DNA from: Octopus sinensis
Lineage: Eukaryota
Assembly: GCF_006345805.1 (NCBI RefSeq)
Contig: NC_042998.1
Span: 167,028,001 to 167,092,000, forward strand
Direction: 5' to 3'
Length of the DNA stretch: 64,000 nt
Shown in pieces: positions 13,161 to 26,097 of this stretch. A program made the translations under genes and the position numbers. A model generated the notes under the pieces. It was not told the origin of the DNA, did no database searches, and saw nothing but the letters and a program-made list of their open reading frames with translations. Numbering within the stretch: position 1 is the first letter of the stretch; the number at the start of each line of letters is the position of its first letter.

Positions 13161-14564
13161 ATTTGAAGAAATCTGTAAAACACTAATCTATACTTACGTG
13201 ATACCAGACACGTAACATCAAAGTGCTAAAATGAAATATTATGATCCAGTAAATTATTTAAGAAAATTTATTTGGAGCAATATTAGTGATATAAATATTT
13301 GTCTTCGTCTAATTCCGTTCAAGATTGTTCTGCAGAATCACCAATGAACACTAATTTACTGGAAAATTATTTATAAGTGGACCAAAATTTTTGTGAAACC
13401 TTAAATTACTAAATGAACTTATAATACCTGAAATTCCATACATAATGAATGAATATTTTTGAGTCATTAACTCCGTTCAGAACAATTTGACTGAAGCATC
13501 GAATAACTATTTTAGATAGTTTCTTACGTATGATTTGTGAAACAAAATCGATCTTAAGAGAAATATGCACAAATGAAACAACAAAAATGTAAGAGAGAAA
13601 ATTGCTAACTTCATTTTAACACGCGAATATTTCTTTTGAACTGGGAAATGCCTCGATACATTTATCTGCTTATCATTGAATATTAACTTGATACATTTGT
13701 AAAAACGTCGACATTTACAACTTTTTAACCAAGGAAGTAATGTGAGCGTGAGATTTTCAGAGTACCCACATAGGAAACTACGGCTTCTAAGTTGATTTAT
13801 TTTAAAATGTCAAACATATCTATGAGCCGTTCCTAATTACGCCAAATTATCCTATCGCTTTCTTTCCCCCATATATGTACACAGGGAGAATGTATCAATT
13901 AGAAAACATTTTTTGACAACCTCGTAAACAACAGATTATCCTCTTCGACAAATGCACCTGAGAACACTGGCCTAGAGAGAGATATTCATAAACATAAGAT
14001 GTGTGTGTGTGTGTGTATGTGTGTGTGAACTTAATTTCCTTATTTTTAAAACTGAGATATCATATGGAAAACGGTCGCTCATCTTGAGTAGATTTCTAGG
14101 ATGTTTCTCACGGCGCAACGTAGACGATTAAGAGAGAATAATTCACTACTACTTTATCTATCGACCTTAAAAGGATGAAATATGAAGTCGACCATGATGG
14201 TATTTGATGTGCAGAAATAGGGAACAAATGCAACAAGGCATTTTATGCAATGCTCTTAGTACTCGATCAGTTTCTCATATATATATATATATATATATAT
14301 GCGTGTGTATGTTTGTGTGCCTGTGTTTGTCCCCCTAGCATTGCTTGACAACTGATACTGGTGTGTTTGTGTTCCCGTTACTTAGCGGTTCGACAAAAGA
14401 GACCGATAGAATAAGTACTGGGCTTACAAAAGAATAAGTCCTGGGGTCGAGTTGCTCGATTAAAGGCGGTGCTCCAGCATGGCCACAGTCAAATGACTGA
14501 AACAAGTAAAAGAGTAAAAGAGTAAAGAGTATATATATATATGTATATATATGAAACGATAAAC

Positions 14565-14852
14565 GTCGCCAGGCTCATGGGCCCGGTTTCCCGGTTTCTA
14601 AGGCGTATGTTTTCCCCCCAGCTGGACGGGACGCCAGTCCATCGCAGCGTTACTCAAGAAACAGGAAGAGATAGTGAGAGAAAGTTGTGACGAAAGAGTA
14701 CAACAGGGGTCGCCACCACCCCATGCCGGAGCCTCGTAGAGCTTTTAGGAATTTTTCGCTCAATAAACATACACAACGCCCGGTCTGGTGATCGAAACAG
14801 CGATCCTCCGACCACGAGTCCGCTGCCCCAACCACTGGGCCATTGCGCCTCC
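14565..14852 (-). mobile_element. SINE family C
   Basis: Reverse complement of ggaggcgcaatggcccagtggtt tRNA-like head; matches 57706. Confidence 0.85.
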
Positions 14853-14856
14853 ACAT

Positions 14857-14888
<32 letters not shown>

Positions 14889-15004
14889 CTAATATAGGAT
14901 AAAATTTTCGAAAAAATTTTATCAGTGGCGAGCATATTAAAAAAATACCTTAAAAGGTATTGTTTATATACATACATGTGCTTGTGTGCGCGCCCGCGCA
15001 TATG

Positions 15005-15051
<47 letters not shown>

Positions 15052-15053
<2 letters not shown>

Positions 15054-15583
15054 ATGTATAACTATGTTTTCATGTGTTAGTCTGATAAAGGTGAATAAGC
15101 CGAAATTTAGAAATCACTGTCAACATTTCAGCTGAAAGTGAGTGTGTACTCTACTAACAAAAACTGAGTAATCCTTCAGTTTAATATTAAATTCTTTTTA
15201 TATGTAACTTGACTTAAAAACCAACACACATATACATACATACGCACACACACAGATATGTATGTATATGCATTTATGTATGTGTGTGTGTTTGTGTGTA
15301 TGTGTGTGTGTGGTGTGTGTGTGTGTGTGTGTGTGCATGTATAACTATGTTTTCATGTGTTAGTCTGATAAAGGTGAATAAGCCGAAATTTAGAAATCAC
15401 TGTCAACATTTCAGCTGAAAGTGAGTGTGTACTCTACTAACAAAAACTGAGTAATCCTTCAGTTTAATATTAAATTCTTTTTATATGTAACTTGACTTAA
15501 AAACCAACACACATATACATACATACGCACACACACAGATATGTATGTATATGCATTTATGTATGTGTGTGTGTTTGTGTGTA

Positions 15584-15600
<17 letters not shown>
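15052..15600. repeat. 283-bp near-perfect tandem duplication bounded by (TG)n
   Basis: gcatgtataactatgttttcatg... starts at 15052 and again at 15335. Confidence 0.92.
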
Positions 15601-15629
<29 letters not shown>

Positions 15630-15742
15630 AGGAAGTGTGTGTGTACGTTTGTGTGTGTTCGTGTGTGTTTGTAGTACTTAATGTAAATATAATTTACTGT
15701 GGTATACGCCCACTGAAAATATCTTTTATTGACGTGCAGTCT

Positions 15743-15971
15743 TTAACCCTTTAATGTTCAGATTACTCTGTTAAATGTAATGCCTTTTCACTCAAATTGT
15801 TTTGAATTAATCATGCATTATCTTATAGCTTTGAGGTTTCAATGATGTGAATATTTATTTTTAGAATGTCAATGTAGGTTAGGTGTGAGAGGCTAGATAT
15901 GGCTAGTTCAAATATAAAACATGTAGAATATATTGGGCCGGATGTGGCCAGTTTAAACACTAAAGGGTTAA
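15743..15971. mobile_element. piggyBac-type MITE
   Basis: TTAA-CCCTTTaatgtt ... aacactAAAGGG-TTAA terminal inverted repeats. Confidence 0.8.
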
Positions 15972-16499
15972 AAATGCAACATATCGAATGCAGACAAAAA
16001 TTACCCTAACTGGTAAGAATGCTAGATGCGCATTTCCGTCTTGTGTGCATTGTCAATGGCATGTACTCGCAGCAAGCTACATGCCAAGGTGAAATTTGTT
16101 ATCACTAATGAACAATTGAATGAAAAATCAATGGCGCTGCATAAAATGGTTTCGCCTGCTTTCGATATATCCACGAATATTTCAAAACACTAATTTATAT
16201 AGCTTTGTATTATAGAAAATATTGAAACATCGTTTCCAAAACTTTTGTTTTTTTGTTGTTTTTTTTTTCATATCAATATGCGATAGCAGTTTGAACAGCC
16301 CAGCTGATTAAATAAGCCGATACATCATGAGATAATCAACAGTCTGGTCGATATTATGCTTTTATTTATTTAATGAATATAAATCGTTCTTATAGTGCTG
16401 TTTATACATGACAGGTTGAGGAAGGTATAAAATACAAAGAATAAACAAAAAAATAAACACAAAATGTAGACTGAAAAGAAAAAGGAAAAAAAGTACAGA

Positions 16500-17760
16500 T
16501 AAAGAACACTTAAATCTTTCTGATATTCACTCTGTTTATTGCCTCGATGAATTGGAAGAACTTATTTATGCTTGCTAAACCCTTATAATATAGTTTGTAT
16601 TTCCAACATTGGTAGACTTTGGAATAAATCATTTCAAAGATATCCTCTTTCTCAGTCTGGTAATGTTTGCATTCGAGCAAATTATGCCATAATATTTCTG
16701 GATAGTCTCCACAAGAGCGTAATGATAAATCCTTACGATCTATTTCCGGCAGAATATAATTCAAGTGAAATATAATCCCTTCGAAATTAACCTTGCTTAG
16801 TGTCTGATACGTTTTATATGTCGATAGATCTGGAAAAGATAGTGGGAGATTAAATTCGATAGTTTATCTCTTATTTCTTCTAATTTTTTTCCACCCTTGG
16901 TTAATTATACTTATGCTGAACGCTTTCATTTAAAATTTAACAAAGATATAGAACGCAGTCTATATCAATTACTTCGCTTTGTGACCCTCTTTTTATTAAT
17001 TTATCTGCTCTCCTGATTTTCTTAATATCTGTGAATCCAGGGAGCAAACTAACTAATTATTACTTGTTTATTGTTTTCAGCTAAATAATTATCTACTTTT
17101 GGGAAAATATTCTCAATATTTTAAATCCGACATCTTTTCCTTGATTGAAATCGTTCTAGGTTCGGTAGACTACTGGTATATAGAAAATTCATAATCCAGT
17201 AAGTTTCATTGCCAGAATCTCAGGATATTATCATTATTCCCCACCACTTTGCATCAAATTTGGTAAAATCGTAACACAACATGAAGTATATATTTGTATT
17301 ATTATCTTAAAAGGTCTGATTAGTTCTACATCCGACTCCATTTTCTGAGTGAGAATCACTTGTATAACTAATTCAGCTGTTAACATGGTTTGATTGCATG
17401 ATGTAGTTAGGGTGTTATTGCTTTCTGTTATGGTTGTTTCATTGCTATGTTCAAAGATTTTACTTGCTCTATCTATAGGTAGCCAGATATCCTATTCCTT
17501 TCTTTTTTGCCTAAACACAGCGATTAGCACTATACGGTTCCTGGACTTTTCTCCTTGTAAGGGAGTAGAGGCTAAAACTGTTTAGTAGCTGAGCACGATA
17601 CTGCTATTAGCTCAAAGAAAGGCAAAATTTGTTTCTTCCCATGAACCAGTAAAATTAGCATATATTTTATTCAATGAAACCTCGATGTGTATTTCCCGTT
17701 TCAAATTGGATTCTGACCAAATACCACGTATCTTATTATCATTTTGATAATTAGCAGGTG
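16500..17760 (-). mobile_element. Highly degenerate L1/Tx1-like ORF2 C-terminal region
   Basis: Interrupted frames DNKIRGIW, KRKE*DIWLP and VYQCWKYK resemble post-RT L1/Tx1 motifs; weak. Confidence 0.3.
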
Positions 17761-17764
17761 CGTA

Positions 17765-17905
17765 ACTGATACTTATTTAATCGACCCCGAAAGGATGAAA
17801 GGCAAAGTCGACCGCGGCGGAATTTGAACTCACATCGTAACGGCAGACGAAATACTACAAAGCATTTCGCCCGGCGTACTAACGTTTCTGCCAGCTCGCC
17901 GCCTG
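17765..17905 (-). mobile_element. SINE family A
   Basis: ...gtttctgccagctcgccgcc head in reverse. Confidence 0.8.
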
Positions 17906-18345
17906 AAAGAAGACCGTCGTACATATGTACATATGTGTGTGTGCGTGTAACTTAGCGGTCCTGTAACTTAGCGGTTCGGCAAAAGAAACCGATAGAATAA
18001 GTACTAGGCTTGCAAAGAATAAGTCCTGGGGTAAATTTCATTGACTGAAACCCTTTAAGGCAATGTTCCAGCATGGTCGTAGTATGTATGTATGTATGTA
18101 TGTATGTATGTATGTATGTATGTATGTATGAATGTATGTATGTATATATGTGTGTGTATGTGTATGCGTATGTATGTATATATATATGTATATATGTGTG
18201 TGTGTGGATCCAGCTTAACATGGTTGCCTTGTTAGAATACCGAATACTGCGTTATTACCCTTGAGCGCCCCTCTCATATAGGTGCTTGGTGCTTGAAAAC
18301 ACACATAGAACGTAACAGACGATAATCCTGCTATATACGCCGGAA

Positions 18346-18390
18346 TTCCGATATCACGTGATTTCATTCTACAGGAAATCATCAGTGGGA
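18346..18390 (-). ncRNA. Type I hammerhead ribozyme motif
   Basis: Minus strand: uccca CUGAUGA uuuc-cugua-gaau GAAA ucacguga UA ucgga; stem I has one mismatch; stem III is palindromic AUCACGUGAU. Confidence 0.65.
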
Positions 18391-18598
18391 TGTGCCCGGT
18401 CACTGCATGCCAGTCGGGTTTTTAAAAATTCATCCATGTTAACTTAGATATGAAAATCCCTTTTTTGACGCTGCTTCCGTCGTTAATAATTCATTTTTAA
18501 TAAGCCTGTTGATTATTTGCGACATCTATGTCTGAAAAGATATTGATATGCTGCATGGAAGAACAACGAGCTTTAACTGGTATACGATGACCGGACGC

Positions 18599-18645
18599 TT
18601 TCCACTGATGATTCCCAGTAGAATGAAATCGCATGATAGTGGGAA
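18599..18645 (+). ncRNA. Type I hammerhead ribozyme motif (diverged partner of 18346)
   Basis: uuucca CUGAUGA uucccaguagaau GAAA ucgcauga UA gugggaa; core intact, stems imperfect. Confidence 0.5.
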
Positions 18646-18719
18646 TTCCAGTGCCCGTAACAAGATTCTCATCTGCTACGATCTATGTATATGCTTTTAT
18701 GCACCAAGAGCCTATATAA

Positions 18720-18950
18720 GGCGGCGAGCTGGCAGAAACGTTAGCACGCCGGGCGAAATGCTTAGCGGTATTTCGTCTGCCGTTACGTTCTGAGTTCAAA
18801 TTCCGCCGAGGTCGACTTTGCCTTTCATCCTTTTGGGGTCGATTAAGTAAGTATCAGTTACGCACCGGGGTCGATCGAATCGATTTAATCCCTTTGTCTG
18901 TCCTTGTTTGTCCTCTCTGTGTTTAGCCACTTGTGGGCAATAAAGAAATA
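18720..18950 (+). mobile_element. SINE family A, full length
   Basis: Close to the family consensus seen in this window. Confidence 0.9.
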
Positions 18951-19286
18951 AGAGCCTAATAACACAGTATATTGTATTCTAACAAGATACCCATATTAAG
19001 TTGGATATAAAGATTACCTTTGGTATTAATATTGATTCCATCGCTAATAGTTACCACACATATACAGCACACACACACATACCATACACACACCATACAC
19101 ACACATATAAAGGCTTCTTCCGATTTCCGTTTACAAGACCCACTTACATGGCTTTGGTCGACCTGGGGCTATAACAGAAGACACTTGCCCCAGATGCCAC
19201 GCATTAGGATAGAACCATGGTGATTAAGAAGTACACTATTTACTACACAGAGAAGCCTGTGCTCAATATTAGAAGAAATATATCTC

Positions 19287-19652
19287 TCTATATATAAACG
19301 GCAGTTTGTCTGTGTGTATTTCTGTGTGTCTGTTAGGTTGTACCCTCACCCTGACCACGGCTTTCAACCGATTCTGATGAAACTTGACACACACATAGCC
19401 CAATGTCATAATTCAAAACTAACGCAGCGAAAATTTTGAAAAGTTCCTCCAGTTCTGAAAAAAATCGATAAATTCGACATGGTGTCGAGAATCAGAAACA
19501 CAAACCACAGACTCTCTAGGGGACGCAACTCGACCTTTTTAACTAAAAAAAATTTACCATCATTTTTTTTCCATTTTTTGGCTATAACTCTCTAAAAATG
19601 CTTTATAGTTATTTCCCTTACAAACCCGAGCAACGCCGGGCGATACTGTTAG
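19287..19652 (+). mobile_element. Non-autonomous Helitron
   Basis: 5' TCtatatataaa; 3' hairpin cccgagcaacgccggg followed by gatactgTTAG (CTAG-like end). Confidence 0.7.
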
Positions 19653-20309
19653 TTTTATATAAATGCAGTGATAACTTGAAATAATAAACTATCCGTGAAT
19701 TACAATCTGGTACAAAACATTTTCGTACATATCTTTACCATCACTAACCGATCAATGGAGTCATTAAAGGCATCGAGCTAGAGAACTATGTCATTATCAC
19801 ACAAAAAAGGGCTTTCTGAACATCCTTTCTTATCACTTCTGTCATGAATGATACACGAATAAACAATGACTTCTAGAAAAGAGCCAGGTCTGTTTAATAT
19901 ATATTTGCCTGGCATTGATACACTTTGACAGGTCGGCATTGCCAACATACATTTTCCAGATTATTATTCAAGTTTAGATCGTTTGTGAGGCCAGAAAATT
20001 ACGGGGAAACATGTATACTCACACTGCTTTCTCCCAACAAACATGTACAAACGCACCAACGCTTTCAAATATATATATTAAAAACTAACATATGGACTTA
20101 TACGCACGCGCTCAGACACACACACAGACTTACATACACTCTGACACATGCTCACACAAAGCTATTTGTATGTGCACAGCCATACCCAGAGGACCGTCTG
20201 AAATATTCTTTCTCCTTTCAACTAACTATAGGTACAAGACCTGAAATTCTAAGGATGGGAACTGAACGATAACAAGACCTGAAATTCTAAGGAGGGGAAC
20301 TGAACGATA

Positions 20310-21165
20310 ACATTGATCCCAGCGCACAACTGGTACTTAATTTATCGACACCGGAAGCATAAAAGGCGAAAGCAGCCTCAGCGGAACTTGAACTCAGAAC
20401 TTAAGAATGGACGGAATATCACTTAGCATTTTATCTGGAATGCTAACGATTTTGCCAGCTCCAGCTCGTTGCTTTATGACCGCATGTAATACTGATATCA
20501 AATTTTGGCACGAGGCCAACAATTTTGTGGGAGGGGGTAAGTCAATTACATCGACCCCACTGCTTATTTTATCGATGTCGACAGGATGAAAGGAAGAGTC
20601 GACCTCGACAGAATTTGAACGCAGGACGTAAAGACGGATGAAATGTTACTGAGCAGTTTGCTTGCCTTGTTAACGATTCTACTACTAGTTGCAGCTCGAC
20701 ACCGTACGGCCACGTATAATATTCCTTTCTATTATAAGCACAAGGCCTGAAATTTTCGGGGAGGGAGATAGTCGATTGCATTGACCCCCCAGCACTCAAC
20801 TGATACTTATATTATCGACCTTGAGGACGAAGGACAAAGTCAACCTCAGCGGAATTTGAACACCGAACATAAGACGGCTAAAATGCCGCTAAGCATTTTG
20901 CCCGGCGTGCTGACGATTCTTCCAGCTCACCGTCTTTACATGTAGAATTGGTTTCAAATTTTGGCAGGGGCCAACTATTTCGGGGGCGGGAGTAAGTCGA
21001 TTGCATCGACGTCAGTGCTCTACTGGTACATTTTTTATCGACCCTGAAAAGACCTGAAAAGCAAAGTCAACGAGGGCATAATTTAAACTCAGAACGTAAG
21101 GACGGGCGAAATGCTGCAAAGCATTTTGTCCAGCATGCTAACAATTCTGCCAGCTCGCCGCCTTT
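20310..21165 (-). mobile_element. Cluster of four diverged SINE family A copies
   Basis: Repeated tttatcgacc..gaaagg..aaagtcgacctc..gaatttgaac blocks near 20310, 20530, 20745 and 20960. Confidence 0.8.
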
Positions 21166-21210
21166 ACCACGAGTAATATTAAAACGTAAGTGATGATATG
21201 TGAACGCTCA

Positions 21211-21263
<53 letters not shown>

Positions 21264-21304
21264 CCGCACACACCCACATACACATACACATAAATAAATA
21301 TATA

Positions 21305-21950
21305 TATATGTATATACATTATGGCTGCCCCCTCGTTATCGAGTATGGCCATTGCACGAAGCTTAACTGTTACTGGTGCTGTGATCAAATGTGACTTTTT
21401 GGCCCAGCTAAAGATCTACAATGTCTTGTACAAAATTGGCAACTAAAACCTTTACTGGTAATAGCCGGCTGTAGTTGTAACTGGGCTTCATGTACCTTTG
21501 CATGTCGTTTAAGTCCTCCTGTCGAATTGCACTCTCTTCCACATGCCCGACAGATATGATTAGTATGGTGTGTTACACCACCACCAGTGGCCAGGTTCTC
21601 ACTCATCTGTCTCGTTTTATGACTACGAAGATGACTCATGAGTCCAGCTTTACTGAGGCAGGGTTTTGCACAGACATTGTATATCAGAATCAAAGGAAGA
21701 CCCTTCCCTTCTGGAAGTGTAACAGTGATGCCCTTCCTGACATCCCTCCTTACTTTCTCATGTGCAACTCGAGATTTCTCAAACGTGGCTGTCCCCTCAT
21801 ACACAATCCTTCTCCACCTGCTACGATCAATAGCTATGCCTTCCCATGTATCAGGAGAGATGCAAGCATATCTTAAGGAAGCCTTCAGCAAGTCCTTATA
21901 CCTCTTATATTCATACATACACGATGAAGACGGTGCTCCTACATGGCCGG
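21305..21950 (-). mobile_element. RTE LINE 3' end with three C2H2-type zinc fingers (copy 1)
   Basis: KRYKDLLKASL..DTWEGIAIDRSRWR is a typical RTE C-terminus, followed by CX2CX12HX3-4H motifs; ORF 21385-21918. Confidence 0.85.
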
Positions 21951-22053
21951 TCTAACGACTGAAAGGAAAAGTGAATAAAAAATAAGATGTATAGGTATCT
22001 TTTATCTGTCTCCGTCATTGACTGCGGTCATATATATATATATATATTATAAA

Positions 22054-22284
22054 GGCGGCGAGCTGGCAGAAACGTTAGCACGCCGGGCGAAATGCGTAAC
22101 CGTTTTTCGTCTGCCGTTACGTTCTGAGTTCAAATTCCGCCGAGGTCGACTTTGCCTTTCATCCTTTCGGGATCAATAAATTAAGTACCAGTTACGCACT
22201 GGGGTCGATGTAATCGACTTAATCCCTTTGTCTGTCCTTGTTGGTCCTCTCTGTGTTTAGCCCCTTGTGGGTAATAAAGAAATA
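22054..22284 (+). mobile_element. SINE family A (inside duplicated unit 1)
   Basis: Full-length consensus-like copy. Confidence 0.9.
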
Positions 22285-22923
22285 TATATATATATTATAA
22301 AAAGACAGAAGAAGAGAGAGCGGGGTAATGAATGCACTATCGCATCGGCTGGTTCAAGCTAGCATTAGATCAATTACTTCACTCTCCTACTTGTCTTACA
22401 CCCCAGAGAAACGGAGAGCAAAATCTGCTGTGAATCGAACTTAAAACACTGAGTGATGCTGCAGATGAAAGAAAACAGAGAGTATAATTTGTACGACGCT
22501 CTACAATCCCATGCATTTTCATTTTTTTTTTTTTACTTTTGCTTCTATTGATTCTGGTGTTTTATTTTTATCTATTGTTAAAATAGTTGTAATTATTGTC
22601 GCACTAGTTACTGATAGTATTATTGATGTTATTATTGTTGGGGTTGGTTCTGCTGTTTATTGTTCTTCTTGTCATTTTTGTTTCTTTTATATTGTGATTT
22701 CTCACACGTTGTTGCCTTCAGACAGCTATTGTTCGTGAGCTTCAGCCAAACGAGATAATGTTAACTGTTTCCAGGTATAATTATATATTTTCCGTTGCTA
22801 AGGACCGTGTCAAGTAAGTTGAGCTTCCACTCGAACAAATTCAAACTGTATCAACTCCCCTAAATAATCATTGCTTGTGTAAATATAATAGACATGTACG
22901 GATAGATTTAACCACACACACAC

Positions 22924-22963
<40 letters not shown>

Positions 22964-23021
22964 ACACACACACACATACACCGCACACACCCACATACAC
23001 ATACACATAAATAAATATATA

Positions 23022-23667
23022 TATATGTATATACATTATGGCTGCCCCCTCGTTATCGAGTATGGCCATTGCACGAAGCTTAACTGTTACTGGTGCTGTG
23101 ATCAAATGTGACTTTTTGGCCCAGCTAAAGATCTACAATGTCTTGTACAAAATTGGCAACTAAAACCTTTACTGGTAATAGCCGGCTGTAGTTGTAACTG
23201 GGCTTCATGTACCTTTGCATGTCGTTTAAGTCCTCCTGTCGAATTGCACTCTCTTCCACATGCCCGACAGATATGATTAGTATGGTGTGTTACACCACCA
23301 CCAGTGGCCAGGTTCTCACTCATCTGTCTCGTTTTATGACTACGAAGATGACTCATGAGTCCAGCTTTACTGAGGCAGGGTTTTGCACAGACATTGTATA
23401 TCAGAATCAAAGGAAGACCCTTCCCTTCTGGAAGTGTAACAGTGATGCCCTTCCTGACATCCCTCCTTACTTTCTCATGTGCAACTCGAGATTTCTCAAA
23501 CGTGGCTGTCCCCTCATACACAATCCTTCTCCACCTGCTACGATCAATAGCTATGCCTTCCCATGTATCAGGAGAGATGCAAGCATATCTTAAGGAAGCC
23601 TTCAGCAAGTCCTTATACCTCTTATATTCATACATACACGATGAAGACGGTGCTCCTACATGGCCGG
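23022..23667 (-). mobile_element. RTE LINE 3' end with three C2H2-type zinc fingers (copy 2)
   Basis: Identical ORF 23102-23635. Confidence 0.85.
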
Positions 23668-23768
23668 TCTAACGACTGAAAGGAAAAGTGAATAAAAAAT
23701 AAGATGTATAGGTATCTTTTATCTGTCTCCGTCATTGACTGCGGTCATATATATATATATATTATAAA

Positions 23769-23999
23769 GGCGGCGAGCTGGCAGAAACGTTAGCACGCCG
23801 GGCGAAATGCGTAACCGTTTTTCGTCTGCCGTTACGTTCTGAGTTCAAATTCCGCCGAGGTCGACTTTGCCTTTCATCCTTTCGGGATCAATAAATTAAG
23901 TACCAGTTACGCACTGGGGTCGATGTAATCGACTTAATCCCTTTGTCTGTCCTTGTTGGTCCTCTCTGTGTTTAGCCCCTTGTGGGTAATAAAGAAATA
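23769..23999 (+). mobile_element. SINE family A (inside duplicated unit 2)
   Basis: Duplicate of 22054-22284. Confidence 0.9.
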
Positions 24000-24627
24000 T
24001 ATATATATATTATAAAAAGACAGAAGAAGAGAGAGCGGGGTAATGAATGCACTATCGCATCGGCTGGTTCAAGCTAGCATTAGATCAATTACTTCACTCT
24101 CCTACTTGTCTTACACCCCAGAGAAACGGAGAGCAAAATCTGCTGTGAATCGAACTTAAAACACTGAGTGATGCTGCAGATGAAAGAAAACAGAGAGTAT
24201 AATTTGTACGACGCTCTACAATCCCATGCATTTTCATTTTTTTTTTTTTTTACTTTTGCTTCTATTGATTCTGGTGTTTTATTTTTATCTATTGTTAAAA
24301 TAGTTGTAATTATTGTCGCACTAGTTACTGATAGTGTTATTGATGTTATTATTGTTGGGGTTGGTTCTGCTGTTTATTGTTCTTCTTGTCATTTTTGTTT
24401 CTTTTATATTGTGATTTCTCACACGTTGTTGCCTTCAGACAGCTATTGTTCGTGAGCTTCAGCCAAACGAGATAATGTTAACTGTTTCCAGGTATAATTA
24501 TATATTTTCCGTTGCTAAGACCGTGTCAAGTAAGTTGAGCTTCCACTCGAACAAATTCAAACTGTATCAACTCCCCTAAATAATCATTGCTTGTGTAAAT
24601 ATAATAGACATGTACGGATAGATTTAA

Positions 24628-24681
<54 letters not shown>

Positions 24682-24879
24682 ACACACAAAACATTCATTC
24701 TTACATACAGTTATACGAACACACATACATACAGATGTGTGTGTATGTTTGCTACACACACACACACACATACACAGATAAACCCTCACATATAACCATA
24801 CATGAAAAAAAAAACAACGCCAATTTGTGTGCCTACGCATTAAAATATCCATACAAACACACACACACTCATATTATCC

Positions 24880-25680
24880 AAGCGCTCACAGCCCTCGGCC
24901 AGTCGAGCAATGCGGTCGGTGAAAGTTCCATTTTGGAGTTCTATAGGGGATTAGTGGAGGGCAAGAGCGATGACGTATTCGGAGAGGCCCTAGGCGTTGA
25001 AGAGGATGACTGGCTGGTCTCTTCCGGGGGACTTTCAAGCCGGGAACTATGGATAACTACCAGAAATCCATGGCCTGGAAGTGCTACCAGGGGGCGCTGC
25101 CGGTTCGAGGTAAACTCTACTGGCACGGGTGAGCAGTCAGCCGGGCTTGTCCGAGATATACGCAGAGCGATGAAAGCGTTCTGCATGATCTCGTACAGTG
25201 CCCGTGCATTGCTGACTTGTGGAGCTTAGTCGAACAGCTATTGCCACGTACAGAATGGATCCGGCTATCGTCCGAGTCCATTGTGAAGATCGCTCCGCCT
25301 CCTTCCTTTGGCCAGATAGGGAGGGCAATTTTTCTCTGTTTGTTAGCTATGGCAAAAGAGGTTGTGTGGTGGATGCGATTGAAAGGGTTGAAGACGAGTA
25401 CTTTCCTCTTTGGCCAAGGCCCCAATAACTTTTTCATGTTCCACTTGAAAAGGAAAGTGAGGTTGAAGAGGGAGGTTATGTCACCCAGTAATTTCGTGGG
25501 TGAATGTGGCAAGAATGGCCTGCGTGAATGGGCCTACTCTAAATGTGCGCCTGTAGGCTTTTGTTGGTTTTTTCCCCGAGTAGCACCTCCCCGATTTTGG
25601 GGAGTTTTACTTGCTTATTTTTTTCTTCTTTTTTGTTATCAACTGGGCCTACTATATCTATGAACTAGCATCGTTTGCTT
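24880..25680 (-). pseudogene. GC-richer relic, possibly a decayed non-LTR ORF1 (gag-like)
   Basis: Frameshifted FPFQVEHEKVIGALAK (RRM-like) and LHKSAMHGHCTRSC (decayed zinc-knuckle spacing); not identified with certainty. Confidence 0.3.
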
Positions 25681-25982
25681 TCTTTCTCCATTGACACTAT
25701 ATCTGGTTTCCTGTTCTCTATCTCATGTTCGCACTGAATCATACAGTCCCATAGGATCTTTGCATTATTATTTTAGATGATGCCTTCGTGTTTATGTTCG
25801 TACCACTTTTTTACTCTTTCCGTTCCATACTTGTTACAAAGTGTTCAATAGACAATCCTTGCTATATTGTTATGACGTCTCATATTCTTTCTGAGTTAGT
25901 GGTGTACATTGACTGGTAGAATTTGAAACGGTTTCATCATTTTTGCCCACAAATTCTGCACTTATCATTTTACAGAATAGAC

Positions 25983-26068
<86 letters not shown>

Positions 26069-26097
26069 CACATGCACACACACACATATACACACAC

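Larger units (their letters stand above)
21215..24640. repeat. ~1.72-kb near-identical tandem duplication bounded by (CA)n
   Basis: Offset 1717 (ORFs 21385 and 23102 are identical); only a few differences seen, e.g. gatagtatt/gatagtgtt and ctaaggaccg/ctaagaccg. Confidence 0.95.
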
